Source: the human T2T-CHM13v2.0 reference genome, Homo sapiens
DNA length: 64,000 bases
Strand: one strand, 5' to 3'
Assembly: GCF_009914755.1 (NCBI RefSeq)
Contig: NC_060940.1
In this document: positions 1 to 14,706 of the stretch, piece by piece
Layout of the letters: every line of letters starts with the position of its first letter
Position numbering within the stretch: the stretch's first letter is position 1
Made by a program: the position numbers and the translations under genes
Notes under the pieces: generated by a model
What the model was told of the DNA's origin: nothing
Databases searched by the model: none
What the model saw: only the letters and a program-made list of their open reading frames with translations

Positions 1-177
1 ATTCGTCGGCGGAACAGATGCTGGAAGTGGGGAGGAGGAGGAGGAGGAACAGGAGGAGGTACGGGGGTCTGGGCCGCTGTAGAGAGCCGAGGCCTCCGAA
101 GTCTCAGCACTAGGGCAGTGGGAAGCTGTTACAGGGTAGACGCCCGGGATGTGGGAGGGGCTATATGATAATCTGGG

Positions 178-496
<319 letters not shown>

Positions 497-1305
497 TGGG
501 AGTTGTTCTGTATTGTGGAGTAAAGGGAGGCAGAGGTGAAGCCATCGAGAGAGCAGCGAGCTCATCGCTCCCCACATTCTATTAAAATGCACATTCTCCC
601 GGGAGGGGGTTTCCAGTTAATGAAACAGGAAGCGAGGTCTGTTGAGCTTGCAACCAGCTGAGAGCAATTTGAGGACAAAAGGGAAGGGCGGGAAGAAGCG
701 GGATCTCGGGAAGGTGGCAGGCAGGTGAGAGCCTGGCTGGCCCGTTCACGCCTGTCTGCCCCTGGTGGCCAGGACGGGAAGGTCAGAGGACAGGGTCGGA
801 GGCGCCAACGCTCCTGGGGTCCCAGCTGCTGCAGATCCGGGCTGGGGCTGGGCCTGGCCGCTGCTGGGGGCGGGAGGCAATTCCCAGCCCCGGGCCGGTG
901 ACGTCAACGTTGTCATGGAGACCCGGCTTCCCTGCCCAGCGTTGCAGCTGCGGGAGCCCGGGCTGGGAGGCTCTGTGAGGCTGAGGGAAGCAGAGGGCAC
1001 AGACCTGGGTCCTGCAGGCGGTGGCTCCACCTAAGAGCACAACCCTGCCAGAGGCAGGATGCCCAGAATGGGCGGGGCTCCCTGCTGCACCCAGCCCGCC
1101 CCGACCCTTGCCGCCCAGACGTGGCTTCGGCCTTGCGCTGGCTCCTGGGGTAGCGGATGGGGAACCCCCTGAGATGGGGGCCCAGGCTTCCCCACCTTGG
1201 GGTCCAGGGACTGCCCTCTCAGGGGCGGACTCAGTCCCCAGTCTGGAAGTTGTCTTGGCATAAGAGTGTTCTGGCATGCTCCTGTCGTCGTCCCCTTAAC
1301 AGGAG

Positions 1306-2267
1306 TGTTTCCGGACCAAACTGAGGGTGGGGCTGCTTATTCTCGCGGCCCAATAACGAGATGCAGATGAACGGGGAAAGGAAGGAGTTGATTTCTGTAA
1401 CCGGGTGCAGGGAGAAGGCCTGGAAATTATCCCCAGACCAACTCAAAATTACAAAGTTTTCCAGAGATTATATACCTTCTAAGCTATATGTCTACGTCTG
1501 AGTGTGTATTCATCTAAAGACATAAGTGATTAACTTCTTTCTTTCTTTTTTTTTTTTTTTTGGAGACGGAGTTTCACTCTGTCACCCAGGCTGGAGTGCA
1601 GTGCACTGCAGTTCACTGCAACCTGTGCCTCCTGTGTTCAAGCAATTCTCCTGCCTCAGCCTCCTGAGTAGCTGGGATTACAGGCATGCACCACTCCGCC
1701 CAGGCTAATTTTTCTATTTTCAGTAGAGACAGGGTTTCACCATGTTGGTCAGGCTGGTCTCGACCTTCTGATCTTGTGATCCAACCACCTGGGCCTCCCA
1801 AAGTGCTGGGATTACAGGCTTGAGCCACCATGCCTAGCTGTGATTAACTTCTATAACTAAGGTCTGAGTCCTGAAGCTCTTCCTCTGGAGCCTCAGTAAA
1901 TTTATTTAATCTAAATGGGTCCAGGTGCTGCGGTGATTACCCTTATCTTGTCTCCTGCTAAATCATGGGGGTTTGGGGAGTTCCTTCAGACCCCCAATAA
2001 ACTTGCCTGTGGAGGCCTGGGGAGTTATTTCAGACCCCCAGTAAAACTTGTTTAATCCTAAACAGGTCCTGTTAAGAATTCCTTCGTTATCCTGTCATGC
2101 TTCAAGGCCCAGGAAAGGCCCAGGCAAAACTCTTGGTGGGCTTTTGTGACATTCCAGCCTTTGTAGAAGGGCACTGGCTCTCTCAGCTATTAATGTTTCA
2201 CTGAACTACTCGGTCAGTGCCGAAGCCGTTGTGATGAAGCCTGCGTTAGTGAGACCCGGCCTGCACA
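1306..2267 (-). mobile_element. ERV1-class solo LTR (LTR15-like, subfamily tentative) with an internal antisense Alu (~1539-1838)
   Basis: TG...CA termini with a 4-bp TSD GGAG (1302-1305 and 2268-2271). TATA-like GGTATATAA on the - strand near 1470 and internal direct repeats (CAGACCCCCA..AAACTTG). The Alu is flanked by the TSD GTGATTAACTTCT. Confidence 0.8.
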
Positions 2268-3177
2268 GGAGCACATGAAGAGGGAACCAGAAGCCTCTTA
2301 CTGACCTCCTTCCACTCCCCCCGTTCTGTTTCCAATGCCTATTCACTAAGGAACATTGACTGAGCCCCTCCTTGTGCCAAGCAGTGTCCTGAATGCTTTA
2401 TGAGGTCACGGAATCCTCCCTGTGGCCCCAGGACCTACAAGGGACATTTTGGAAGCCGCTGGTTTATTTATTGTTGAGCACATATGTGTTCACACATGTG
2501 TTCCCTGGAGCACATGTGTGAAATGGTGTTCTTCTTGGCGCTATGGACTGCTCTGTCAAATCTTTCCAGTTTGTTTTTTTAATAGATGTATTTTTTGTTT
2601 TTGGAGACAGGGTCTCACTCTGTCACCCAGGCTGAGGTGCACTGGCACCATCATAGCTCACCGCACCCTCCACCTCCTGGGCTCAAGTGATCCTCCCACA
2701 TCAGCCTCCTGAGTAGCTGGGACTACAGGCCAGTGCTACCATGCCTATTTTTAAATTTTTTATAGAGACGGGGTCTCACCACGTTGCCCAGGCTGGTTTC
2801 AAACTCCTGGCCTTCAGTGATCCTTCTGCCTTGGCTTCTTAAAGCACTGGGATTACAGGTGTGAGCCGCCATGCCTGGGCTTTTCCAGTTTCTTAAAATA
2901 CCTTTAGTAGCACAAAGTCAGTCTAAGCTAGTTAAGACTTTGGCCTCAAAACTCAGTTCACGTTTCCTTCAGCCCCTCCCTTTTCTGAGCACCTGCCTCA
3001 TTTTGCTGGGGTTGCCCTTGTCCTCCGTAGGCCATTGCTGCTTCTCTGGCTGACAACAGGGATGTTCAAATGGTGGTCCAGGTGTGAGCTTTGGGAGAGA
3101 CCCCATGAGGCAGGGGTGGAGGTGATGGTCCCCAGGCCATATTCCCCCCAGCCCCTTCCCCCTGTGGGCCACCTCCC

Positions 3178-3193
3178 GCTGCCCCCTGCTGGG
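3178..3193 (-). promoter_or_regulatory. CTCF consensus motif CCCAGCAGGGGGCAGC
   Basis: Exact match to the core CCASYAGRKGGCRS on the - strand in non-repeat sequence. Confidence 0.55.
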
Positions 3194-3660
3194 TCTCTTC
3201 TTCCTTTCTGGGTGGCATAACAGGAAGCTATCTCAGGCTTACTGCCTCCTGGTGTCCACTTGACTCCCAGAAAGTCACACTGCCCTGACCTGTAGACTGG
3301 AGGACATTGCTGTGGTCACCTCTCCCCACCCAGGCACCTCTTGCTAGCTGCCTTTCTCTAGTCCAGGCAGGCAGCATGAAGATCAAGCATCACCTGCCTT
3401 GGGCTGGGGGTGGCTGGAGGACAGGAGTGAACCCGGAACCTGGGAAGGAGATTTCCCTCTTTTTCTCTCCCTGGTCATGGACCTCAAGTCTTCTGTTGGA
3501 GGTGGGATGACATATGGAGAGAGTGGAACATTTTGCACCACTTTTTAATAAGCCCTGAAGTCGTCTTTTAGTTTTCTACCTTTAGAACATGGGGAACTCA
3601 TGCCTAGATGGTGATTTCTAGACTGCTAGAGAAGGCTCACTCAGTCTCCTCTTATTTTGA

Positions 3661-3798
3661 CCATCCATCTACCCAATGATCCATCCACCCACCCTCTATC
3701 CATCTATTCTCCATCCATCCAGCCATCTACTTATTCATCCATCTGTCCATCCTCTCTCCATCCACCCTTCCACCTACCCATCCACCCACTCACCCATT

Positions 3799-3832
<34 letters not shown>

Positions 3833-4034
3833 CCCACCCATTCATTTATCTATCTACCCATCCATCTATCCATCCATTCACCATCATCCACCCACCCATC
3901 CATCTATCCATCCACCCACCTATCCATCTATTCATCCATCCAGCCACCCATCCATCTATCCATTCACTCATTCATTCATCTATCCATACATACATTCACC
4001 ATCCATCCATTCATCCATTCACCCTCCATTCATC
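3661..4034 (+). repeat. Degenerate (CCAT)n low-complexity tract
   Basis: Direct inspection. It is the source of the His/Pro/Ser/Ile ORFs. Confidence 0.95.
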
Positions 4035-4151
4035 AACGTTGACTGTACACCTACTATGTGCCAGTCACTCTGGTAGATGCTGAGGATCTAGCAATGAACA
4101 AGCAAGACCAAAATTCCCATGCTTATAAAGCTTATGTTCTGGGAGGAGTCA

Positions 4152-4524
<373 letters not shown>

Positions 4525-5577
4525 TTAATCCAAACAGGGGACTGGTGAGAGTTGAGGAGGGGTATCCAGGTGGGGCTCACTGAGAAGGTGACATTTGAGC
4601 AAAAACCTGAGGGAAGGGAGAAGGGAGCTGAGTGGGTATTTGGGGAAAGAGTATTCTAGGCAGAGGGAACAGCCAGTGCAGAAGCCCAGAGGTGGGAGTG
4701 GGCACAGAGTGTGAGGAGCAGGAGGAGGGGATGCAGCCAGGGCAGAGTGGGCACAGGGGAGGAGAGGGGAGGGCCGGGTCAGCGGCTGCTTGCGGGCCTC
4801 TGGGTGTCATTGGTTTCACTGTCCATCCGCTCGGTCCACAGTAGCTCCACATGCACTGCAGCACTTGCTGCTCACCGGGCCCCTTGCTGAGGGTTCCCCT
4901 GTGCACGTGTCATCTCATCTCCAAAATAGTCTCATCATTCTCATTTTATAGATGAGAAAACTGAGGCCTGAGCCTGTAAGGTGAACCATGAGGGATGAGA
5001 AGGGAATAGGCTGGAAGTGGGTATTTGGGGTGGGTCGGGCAGAGCCCAGGCCTACATGACATTCTCTGGGAAGAGGCAGCCAGGCCTTTGCCAAAAACCT
5101 CCCTATGGCTGCCCCAGTTGGCCCAGGTTCTTGAACCTAGAAGAACCCAAATCTTCTTGTCACAAACTCTCTTGGGGAGGCAAGAAGCTTCTCTGTTCCC
5201 AGCCTTCCAGGATGACCAGCCCCAGCGGGCGTGTGTGTGGTGGGGTGGGGGAGAGGGAGGGACAGAGCCAGGTTTTTCCTACCAGGCAGGCCCATGCAGC
5301 TTGCGCGTGGGTGGGTGAGAGAAGGGTGGGTGGTTCTTAGCAGAAGGAGATGATGCCAAATGGGCCCAGGAGGTGGCCAATAGCATCCAGAGGCCAGAGC
5401 TGCTCTGGCAGAACCAGGCACTGGCTCCATCTCACAGTGGTCCAGGGGCCACATTTGAGCCTCCCTTGGCCTGTCTTGGCAAGAAATAGAGAGCAGACAT
5501 TTACAAAATGTTTGGTTATTCATTTGACAAATATTTACATGCGTCTACTGTGTGCTAGGCCCTGGGTTCTGTACTGA

Positions 5578-5764
5578 GTAGATGATGAGTGAGTGGGTGG
5601 ATGGGTGGGTAAATGAATGAGTGGATGACTGGGTGGATGGGTAGCTGGATCAATGGATAGATAGATGGATGATGGATGAATAGATTGGTGGGTGAGTGGA
5701 TGGGTGAATAAATGGGTGGGTGTATAGATGGATGTGTGGATTGTTGAGTGACTCATGGATGGAT
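5578..5764 (+). repeat. Degenerate (GGAT)n tract
   Basis: Direct inspection. Confidence 0.93.
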
Positions 5765-6610
5765 ATATATTAGTTGTTTATTGCTATTTAACAAATCATT
5801 TCAAAATTTGTGGCTTAAAGCAGAAAATATTTATTATCTCACTATGTCTCTGGCTCAGGAATTTGGGATTGCCTAGCTGGGTTGTTCTGGCTCAGGGCCT
5901 CTCACACGGCTGCTGCAGGATGGTGGCTTGGTCTGCAGTTTCATATGACAGCTCGCCTGGGGCTGGAGGATCCACTTAATGATGGATCCCTTGCACAGCT
6001 ATTAACAGGAGGCCTTGGTTTCTCATTACACTGGCCTCTCTGTAGGCTATGTGAGTGCCCTCATGATGGCAGCTGGCTGTATTCAAGGTCAGTGATTCTA
6101 GAGAGAAAGAGAAAGACCAAGATGGAAGCCAAAGTGCCTCTGATGACCTTGTCTCCGGGTCTTACACCATTACTTCTGGTTTTTCCTTTTTTTTTTTTTT
6201 ACCTGTTAGAAGCAAGTCACAAAGTTCCACCCAAACTCAAGGGGAAAGGAAGTAATTTCCACCTCTTTGTGTTTTTTTTTTAAGACAGGGTCTCACTCTG
6301 TTGCTCAGGCTGAAGTGCGGTGGCGCAGTCATAGCTCACTGCAGCCTTGACCTCCTGGGCTTAAGCGATCCTGCTGCCTCAGCCTCCCAAGAAGCTGGGA
6401 CTACAGGAACATACCACCATGTCCAACTAATTTTTGGTATTTTTAGTAGAGAGAGAGAGAGAGGTCTCAAACTCCTGAGCTCAAGGGATCCTCCTGCCTC
6501 GACCTCCCAAAGTGTTGGATTACAGCCGTGAGCCAATATGCCCGATTAGTTTCTACCTCTTGAAGGAGGAGTATGAAAGAATGTGTGGGCACAGTTTAAT
6601 ACCATCACAA
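5765..6610 (-). mobile_element. MLT1 (F/H-like) LTR remnant with Alu insertion; similar remnants at ~33958-35150 and ~63240-63950
   Basis: TATTAGTTGTTTATTGCT..AACAAATCA..GTGGCTTAAAGCA..TTTATTATCTCAC..TCAGGAATTTGGG, typical of reverse-orientation MLT1. Confidence 0.65.
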
Positions 6611-6882
6611 GAGATAAATGGCTAGAGCAGCAATAATTCTTCCAGGGTGCTGAAATCTTAGAATGATTTTAAACCAGGGATTCTCAACAGTAACTTCATG
6701 TTAAATTCCTCTGGGACACTAAGAAAATATCAGTTTTGGGGAATCAACCTTGACATTCTTATTAGTCTGGGGAGTGACTTGGACATTGGCATCTGTGCTT
6801 TTGTTTTGTGGAATGATTTTAAGCTTTAATTGTGAAACCCAGCATATATGTTCTGCTTTTTAAAATTATAATAAAAATATAA

Positions 6883-7146
<264 letters not shown>

Positions 7147-7551
7147 TGATCCATCCACCTCAGTCTCCCAAAGTGCTGGGATCATAGGTGTGAGCCACTG
7201 TGCCTGGCCCATTTTAACAATTTTTGAGTGTCCCATTCAGTGGCACTCTGTACATTCACACTGCCATGCAACCATCCCCCTCAGTACACTTTCATCTTCC
7301 CAAAGGGAAACTCTGGGCCCATTAAACACAAATTCCCCATTTCCGCCTCCTCCTGCAGCCCCTGGCAGCCACCGTCCTGCTTTGTGCCTCTATGAATCCG
7401 ACTACTCTAGGAGTCTCCTGTTTGCAGAAACTACAGTATTTGTCCTTCTGTGTCTGGTTTACTTCACTTAGCACAATATCTCTGAGGTTTATCCATATTG
7501 TACCGTGTGTCAATTTTTTTTGTTTTGTTTTTTGTTTGTTTGTTTCTTTGA

Positions 7552-7653
<102 letters not shown>

Positions 7654-8869
7654 TGAGTAGCTGGAATTACAGGTGTGCACCACGACGCCCAGCTAATTTT
7701 TGTATTTTTACTAGAGACGGGGTTTCACCATGTTGGCCAGGTTGGTCTCCAACTCCTGACTTCAGGTGATCCGCCTGCGTTGGCCTCCCAAAGTGCTGGG
7801 ATTACAGGCATGAGCCACCGCGCCTGGCCATGTGTCAGAGTTTTATTTCTTTTACAGTTGACTAATATTCTGTTGTCTGTCTAGACCACATTTCTTTATC
7901 CATGCACCTGTGGATAGACTTTAAAAATCCACAGCGGTGGGTTTTTAAAGTGTCCTGGTGGTGCTGCTGTGCAATCAGTGATGAAAACCAAAGCCTGGAT
8001 GGCACGGTGGCTCATGCCTGTAATCCCAGCACTTTGGGAGGCCAAAGCGGGTGGATCACTTTGAGGTCAGGAGTTGGAGACCAGCTTGGCCAACATGGCG
8101 AAACCCCGTCTCTACTAAAAATACAAAAAATTAGCCAGGTGTAGTGGTGGGCACCTGTAATCCCAGCTACTCAGGAGGCTGAGGCACAAGAATTGCTTGA
8201 ACCCAGGAGGCAGAGGTTGCGGTGAGCCGAGATCGCGTCACTGCACTCCAGTCTGGGCGACAGAGTGAGACTCTGTTACATAAAAAAGAAAAGAAAGAAA
8301 AAACCAAGGCATAAGTCCAGCATTTCGCAAATCCTCTCTGCACAATAGAATCACCTGAGAGCTGTTTTAAACAATGCGGATGGCTGGCGCCTGTCCTAGA
8401 GCAGCTGCATCAGATTCTGGGCTGGGGGAGAGGTGGGGCTAGCCAGGAATTGAGTTCCTTGCAGCGTGGGGGAGGGCAAGGTGTGCAGAATTATTTCCCA
8501 GTCTCTGCTGCCTCCTGGTGGCACAATTGACAACAGTCGGGTAGTGACGCCTGTCAGCATGGTTCCTCTTCCTCTCCAGGGCTGGCTTACCCAGCCCCAA
8601 AGGACCCCACTCCCGGGGGTCTGGGGACCCTGAAGGCTCTTGTCTGACCCCTCTCCCCACCTGTATTTCCTGGCTGGCCTTGCGTGCCTCTGTGTTTAGA
8701 AGAACCGACGAGTTTATTAGAGAAGGAAAGACTGCACTGTGTGACCTTGAATAAGACAGTTCGCCCGTGCCTCAGTTTCCCTGACTTTCACGCAAGGATC
8801 ACCACGGTTTCCTCTGTCAAGTTCCTGAGATGGCAGGCAAGCATGCGTGTTAGGGCTGGGGAGGCCACC

Positions 8870-9210
8870 GCGGGGAGGTTTCGTACCCTCAGCATAATTG
8901 CCATTAGGGGCCAGATCACTTGGTGGGGACCGTCCGTGCACTGTAGGGTGCTGAACAGCTTCCCTGGCCTTGACCTCCTAGATGCCAGTAGCATCCCTGA
9001 GCTGGGATAATCAAAAACTGTCTCCAGATAGGGGCAATGTCCCCTGAGTGCAGGATTGCCAAATAAAATAGTTAAATTTGAATTTAACTTTGAAAATTTG
9101 AATTTCAGATAAGCACATAATGTTTTTGTATAATTATGTCCAAAGACTGCATTTTTATTTCCTAAATCTGGAAACCCTTCCTGAGGGACAAAATCACTCC
9201 AGCTGGCACT
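8870..9210. mobile_element. MER20 (hAT-Charlie) interrupted by a MER53-like element (~9051-9178)
   Basis: MER20 motifs GTGCACTGTAGG..CCCTGGCC..CTAGATGCCAGTAGCA..TGTCTCCAGA. MER53-like ends are AGGATTGCCA and TCTGGAAACCCT, with internal GTTAAATTTGAATTT. Confidence 0.7.
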
Positions 9211-9430
9211 AGCCAGTGCCCTTGTGAGTTTTTGACACCTGTTTCAAGAACTCACACCAGGCTGAGGGCTAAGGCGGCAGATGGGGAAGTTGTGGCAGGG
9301 GCGGAACTTGCCCCAGCCTGGCAGGGGGAGGGGTGCCGTCTTGCGGGAGTGGGACAGGCAGGCCCAGGAGTGATAAGCGTGAACTAGAGAGTGCTGTGCA
9401 GGAGGAAGCTGGGGCCGCCGTCGGGCCTTC

Positions 9431-9719
9431 TCCCTCCAGGGGCCCAAGAGCCACTGGTACTCAGTGTCTGGGTGGGGGCAGGGGGGATTTTTGTTCTCCC
9501 AGCACCTGCGGCTGTTGAGACCAGAGAAGCTGGTGGTCGACCACAGCCTGGGGTATTAGTTCACCCCTAGCTTCTCCCCAGCGAGACCCCAGGGCCCTTG
9601 GGCACAGGGGATTAAGCCTCTATCTGCTTACGTGCAAGCGGAAGAAATAGGCCCAGAGAGCAACAGTGGCGGGTCTGCAGTCACACAGCCAACTTGCGCT
9701 TGTGGCAGTGGCAAGGTTG
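9431..9719 (+). other. Candidate far-upstream alternative first exon (PLCG2 long-5'UTR isoform or overlapping lncRNA); 5' end approximate
   Basis: Unique, ATG-free, GC-rich segment ending in the donor TTG|GTGAGT (9720), with a second donor CTG|GTAAGT at 9771. It is preceded by ETS (GGGGAAGT 9283-9290) and GATA (TGATAA 9371-9376) motifs. I recall an upstream PLCG2 start about 40 kb from the main promoter (unverified). Confidence 0.5.
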
Positions 9720-10176
9720 GTGAGTATCTGAGTCTTCAGGCCACGGCATTTTCCGCTCGAGTGGAGCCTGGTAAGTGGCCTCTATTTCTGGTACATTCTC
9801 TGGGAGCCCCCAGTATTTTCCAGACAGAGGGCACTGAAGACAGGCTTTGTGCTGAGGATGGGTCACCTGAGGTCCAGCTGCTCCCCCGTACTCCTCCAGG
9901 GAAGGGCTGGGACCCCTTCTCCTGCGGCTGCCCCTAAAAGGACAGATTGTTGCTTCTGTGGGATGAGGAGAGGCAATGTGGCATGGTGGTTAAGCACGTG
10001 GACTTGGAGCCAGACGGCCTGGGGCTGAATCCTGGCTCCGCCTCTCACCAACTGTGACCTTGGGCAAGGTACTTAAACACCCTGTGCCTCCATTCTTAAT
10101 CCATGAAATGGGCATGATGAAATGACACCTACTCCGTAGGGTTGTTAGAAGAATGAAATGAATTAGTAAGTGCTCA

Positions 10177-10569
<393 letters not shown>

Positions 10570-11059
10570 CTAGTGACATTTACTGTCTTCCTTAGGAAGC
10601 TGGTTCAGTGGGGCTGTCGACCACAGGTACCAACCCTGCCCTCCCCTACAGAGTATGTGACGTAGGCACAGCCAATGACTGCATCCCAGTGCTTCGACCA
10701 GTCACAGGGTCAAGGGTGAGCACGTGACCCCAGCAAATGAGCACATCCCTGGGGCTGGCGTGCAGAGGCTCTGGGAGTAAAGCTTCCTTTTCCCTGGCCA
10801 GGTGCAGTGGCTCACACCTGTAATCCCAGCACTTTGGAGTCCCAAGCAGGCAGATCGCCTGAAGTCGGGAGTTTGAGACCAGCCTGGGTGAAACCCCATC
10901 TCTAATAAAAGTACAAAAAATTAGCCGGGTGTGGTGGTATGTGCCTGCAATCCCAGCTACCCAGGAGGCTGAGGCAGGAGAACTTGGGAGGCATAGGTTG
11001 CACTGAGTTGAGATAGTGCCAGTGCACTCCAGCTTAGGCAACAGAGCCAGACTCCATCT

Positions 11060-11096
<37 letters not shown>

Positions 11097-11812
11097 GAAA
11101 CCAAACCAAAACACAACCAAAGCTTCCTCTTCCCACTGTGGGTGCAGAGGCCTGGGGCTGTGGTCAGCATCCCTAGCACATGGGGCTTAAAAAGAATGAA
11201 ACCAACCCATTGAGGGTTCTCTTGAGTCCCTGGATTCACCTTGCCTGCCAGGCAGAATCCTCCCTGGAATTCCCACAGATGTGAGACAGTGAATCTCCCA
11301 GTTTGCTTAAGCAAGTTTGAATAGAGTTCTAATCCATGCACCCTCTGTGCCCCATAGAGCAAGAGGGGTTCCCCCAAGGCAGTCCCCTTCCTCCATAGAC
11401 CAGCGCTCTTGGCCTTTGTTTTGATCCACCTGCTGCCCCGACATCCAGGCCCAGCCTCACACCGAGACACTGGCCCACTCTCAGGGAGGTGGGTCCTCCA
11501 GGTCTGATGTGATTAGAGCTCGCTTATAAGAGGAAACAAACAAACTTGTATTAAATACCTGCTGTGTGCCAGGTATTGTGCTGGGGCTTTGAGGTTATTT
11601 TAGTTGTATTTTACAGATGAGGAAACTATAGCTCAGAGAGGTAAAGTGACTTGTTCAAGCTCACACAGCCAGGAAGTAGAATCGCTTCTATTTGAACCCA
11701 GTCTGGTTCCAAAGCATCCACTATATCATATGGCTTATTACTTGCAGGAGGAAGATTTTTTTTCCGTCAAAAATTTTTGCCCTTTGGATTTTCCCCAATT
11801 TGTACATATTTA

Positions 11813-12159
<347 letters not shown>

Positions 12160-14103
12160 TCAAATCAGAGTCATTATCATATCCATCACTTCAAACGTTT
12201 GTCATTTCTTTGTGTTGTGAACATTGAAAATCTCTTCTAGCTTTTTGAAAATATACAATAAGCCATAGTTAACCATATTCACCCTACAGTGATGCAGAAC
12301 GCCAGAGCGCGTTCCTCCTACCTAGCTGAAATTTGTGTGCATTCACCAACTTCTCCCTATCCTCCCCTCCCTCCTCCCCTTCCCAGCCTCCAGTATTCAA
12401 AATTCTACTCGCTTCCTCCATGTGCTCAACATTTAAACACAGATTTTAATTGTGGTACAAAGCACACAAAAGTTACCATTGTGGGGGCGGGGGGGGGGGC
12501 GGTGTTGGCTAAAATTGAAAAGGTAGCAGAGTACCTCTCAGTCAAAAGATGACCTAGAGAGTCCATTACTCCGAGTACATAGTACCCCTGGAAAATAGGG
12601 GTTAGGTCTCATTCATGCATTCAACCTGCTAGGTGCCAGGCAGTGCTCAAGGAAGGGCCTGACTGGGATGAGACCAATGAGGGCTCCAGGTGCAGAGTTG
12701 AGGATGGTGCTGCTTCACAGGTGATGACCCTGCCTGTGTATGACTCTAAGAGTGACTGCCATCTTCCATCCTACTCCTGGGGCCGAGCCTATCTCCCTGG
12801 AGCCCCAGCCCCCATGCAGGGTGAAGGAGGGTTTAGATGACTTGGCAGAGTCTTAGTCCAGCCAGGAAAGGAACGTCCCATGCACTACCCCTGAGAAATG
12901 ACTCCATCAACAGTGGTTTCAGGAGCGCTTAGTATGTGCTGGGAACTGGGGTGGACAGGAGTGACCACAGGCATCCCACTGCTTTCAGGGAGCTGGTGGG
13001 GAGAACTCAAGACAGATGATAGCACATATAATCATTTGTTACCCCACGGTGGGTGCTATGAAGGAAAGAGCCAGGTGCTACGAGACGGGAGTGAACAGGG
13101 GCCGGGAGCCTCACTTCCCATCTGGCCAGACTTCCTCAGGTTCTGGGACCCAGCTTCACAGGGCCCCTCGTCCTCCCAGCTTTGAAGTTCTTATCATTGG
13201 TCCCGCTCCTCTTGTTCTTCCAGACGTGTGAAGAGGGCCTGCTCTGTGTCATTATCAACTTGCAATAACTTAGTGTCCCATTTCATCTTTTTGGTTCTCG
13301 ATACCTGCTTCACAGTTCACCTATTATGTTTTATCGACAGAAGAACCAGTCTAGCTGGGTTCGGTGGCTCATGCCTGTAGTCCCAGCACTTTGGGATGCT
13401 GAAGTGGGGGGATCACTTTAGCCCAGGAGTTTGAGACCAGCCTGGGCAACATAGTGAGTCTCTGTCTCTACTAAAAAAAGAAAAGACAGAAAAGGAGAGG
13501 AAAGAAGGAAGGAAGGAAAGGAAAGGAAGAAAAAGATAGCTGGGCATGGTGGTGCACACCTGTAGTCACAGCTACTAGCGAGGCTAAGGTGGGAGGTTCA
13601 CACGAGCATGGGAGGTTGAGGCTGCAGTGAGCCACAGTAGCACCACGGCCTTCCAGTCTGGATGACAGAGACAGACCCTATCTCAAAAACAAAAACAAAA
13701 CAAAAGAACCGGTGTGCTCTGTCTCTTGACTGGACCGACTGGCACAGACTTGCTGGAACACTGGTCACCCAGGCAAAGAGCCCAGGTAGAGCGACCTGCG
13801 TGGTCAAAAGCCAGGAGGCTGGAAGGAGTGAGGGACATTTCCGGAGCCAGAGGCCACAGTGGCCAGAGGGGAGTGAAAGGGGTGAGGTTGGGCTCAGGAA
13901 TGGGCACCTCATGCACCCTGAGCTGATGAGAACCAGACTTAGGGCTTTTATTGGAACTGGTGGGTTAGGAGATCCTCTCTCTTGTGGATGTGAAGCCAGG
14001 AGAAAGGAAAGCTGCAGCTATGCAGGGCTCCTGTGGGAGACAGCCTGCCTGGAGGTGAGGCCCATCCCAAGGGAGGGAGAGTGGCGAGATGAAGAAAGAC
14101 TAA

Positions 14104-14472
<369 letters not shown>

Positions 14473-14475
14473 TGA

Positions 14476-14706
<231 letters not shown>

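Noticed and set aside
755-770. CTCF-like GGCCACCAGGGGCAGA on the - strand
   Set aside because: The G-run is one base short, which breaks the motif register.
10646-11470. 274-aa ORF, and similarly 44083-44913 and the many ...[10 protein letters not shown].../...VIPALWEA... ORFs
   Set aside because: These are Alu-derived translations spanning poly-T tracts.
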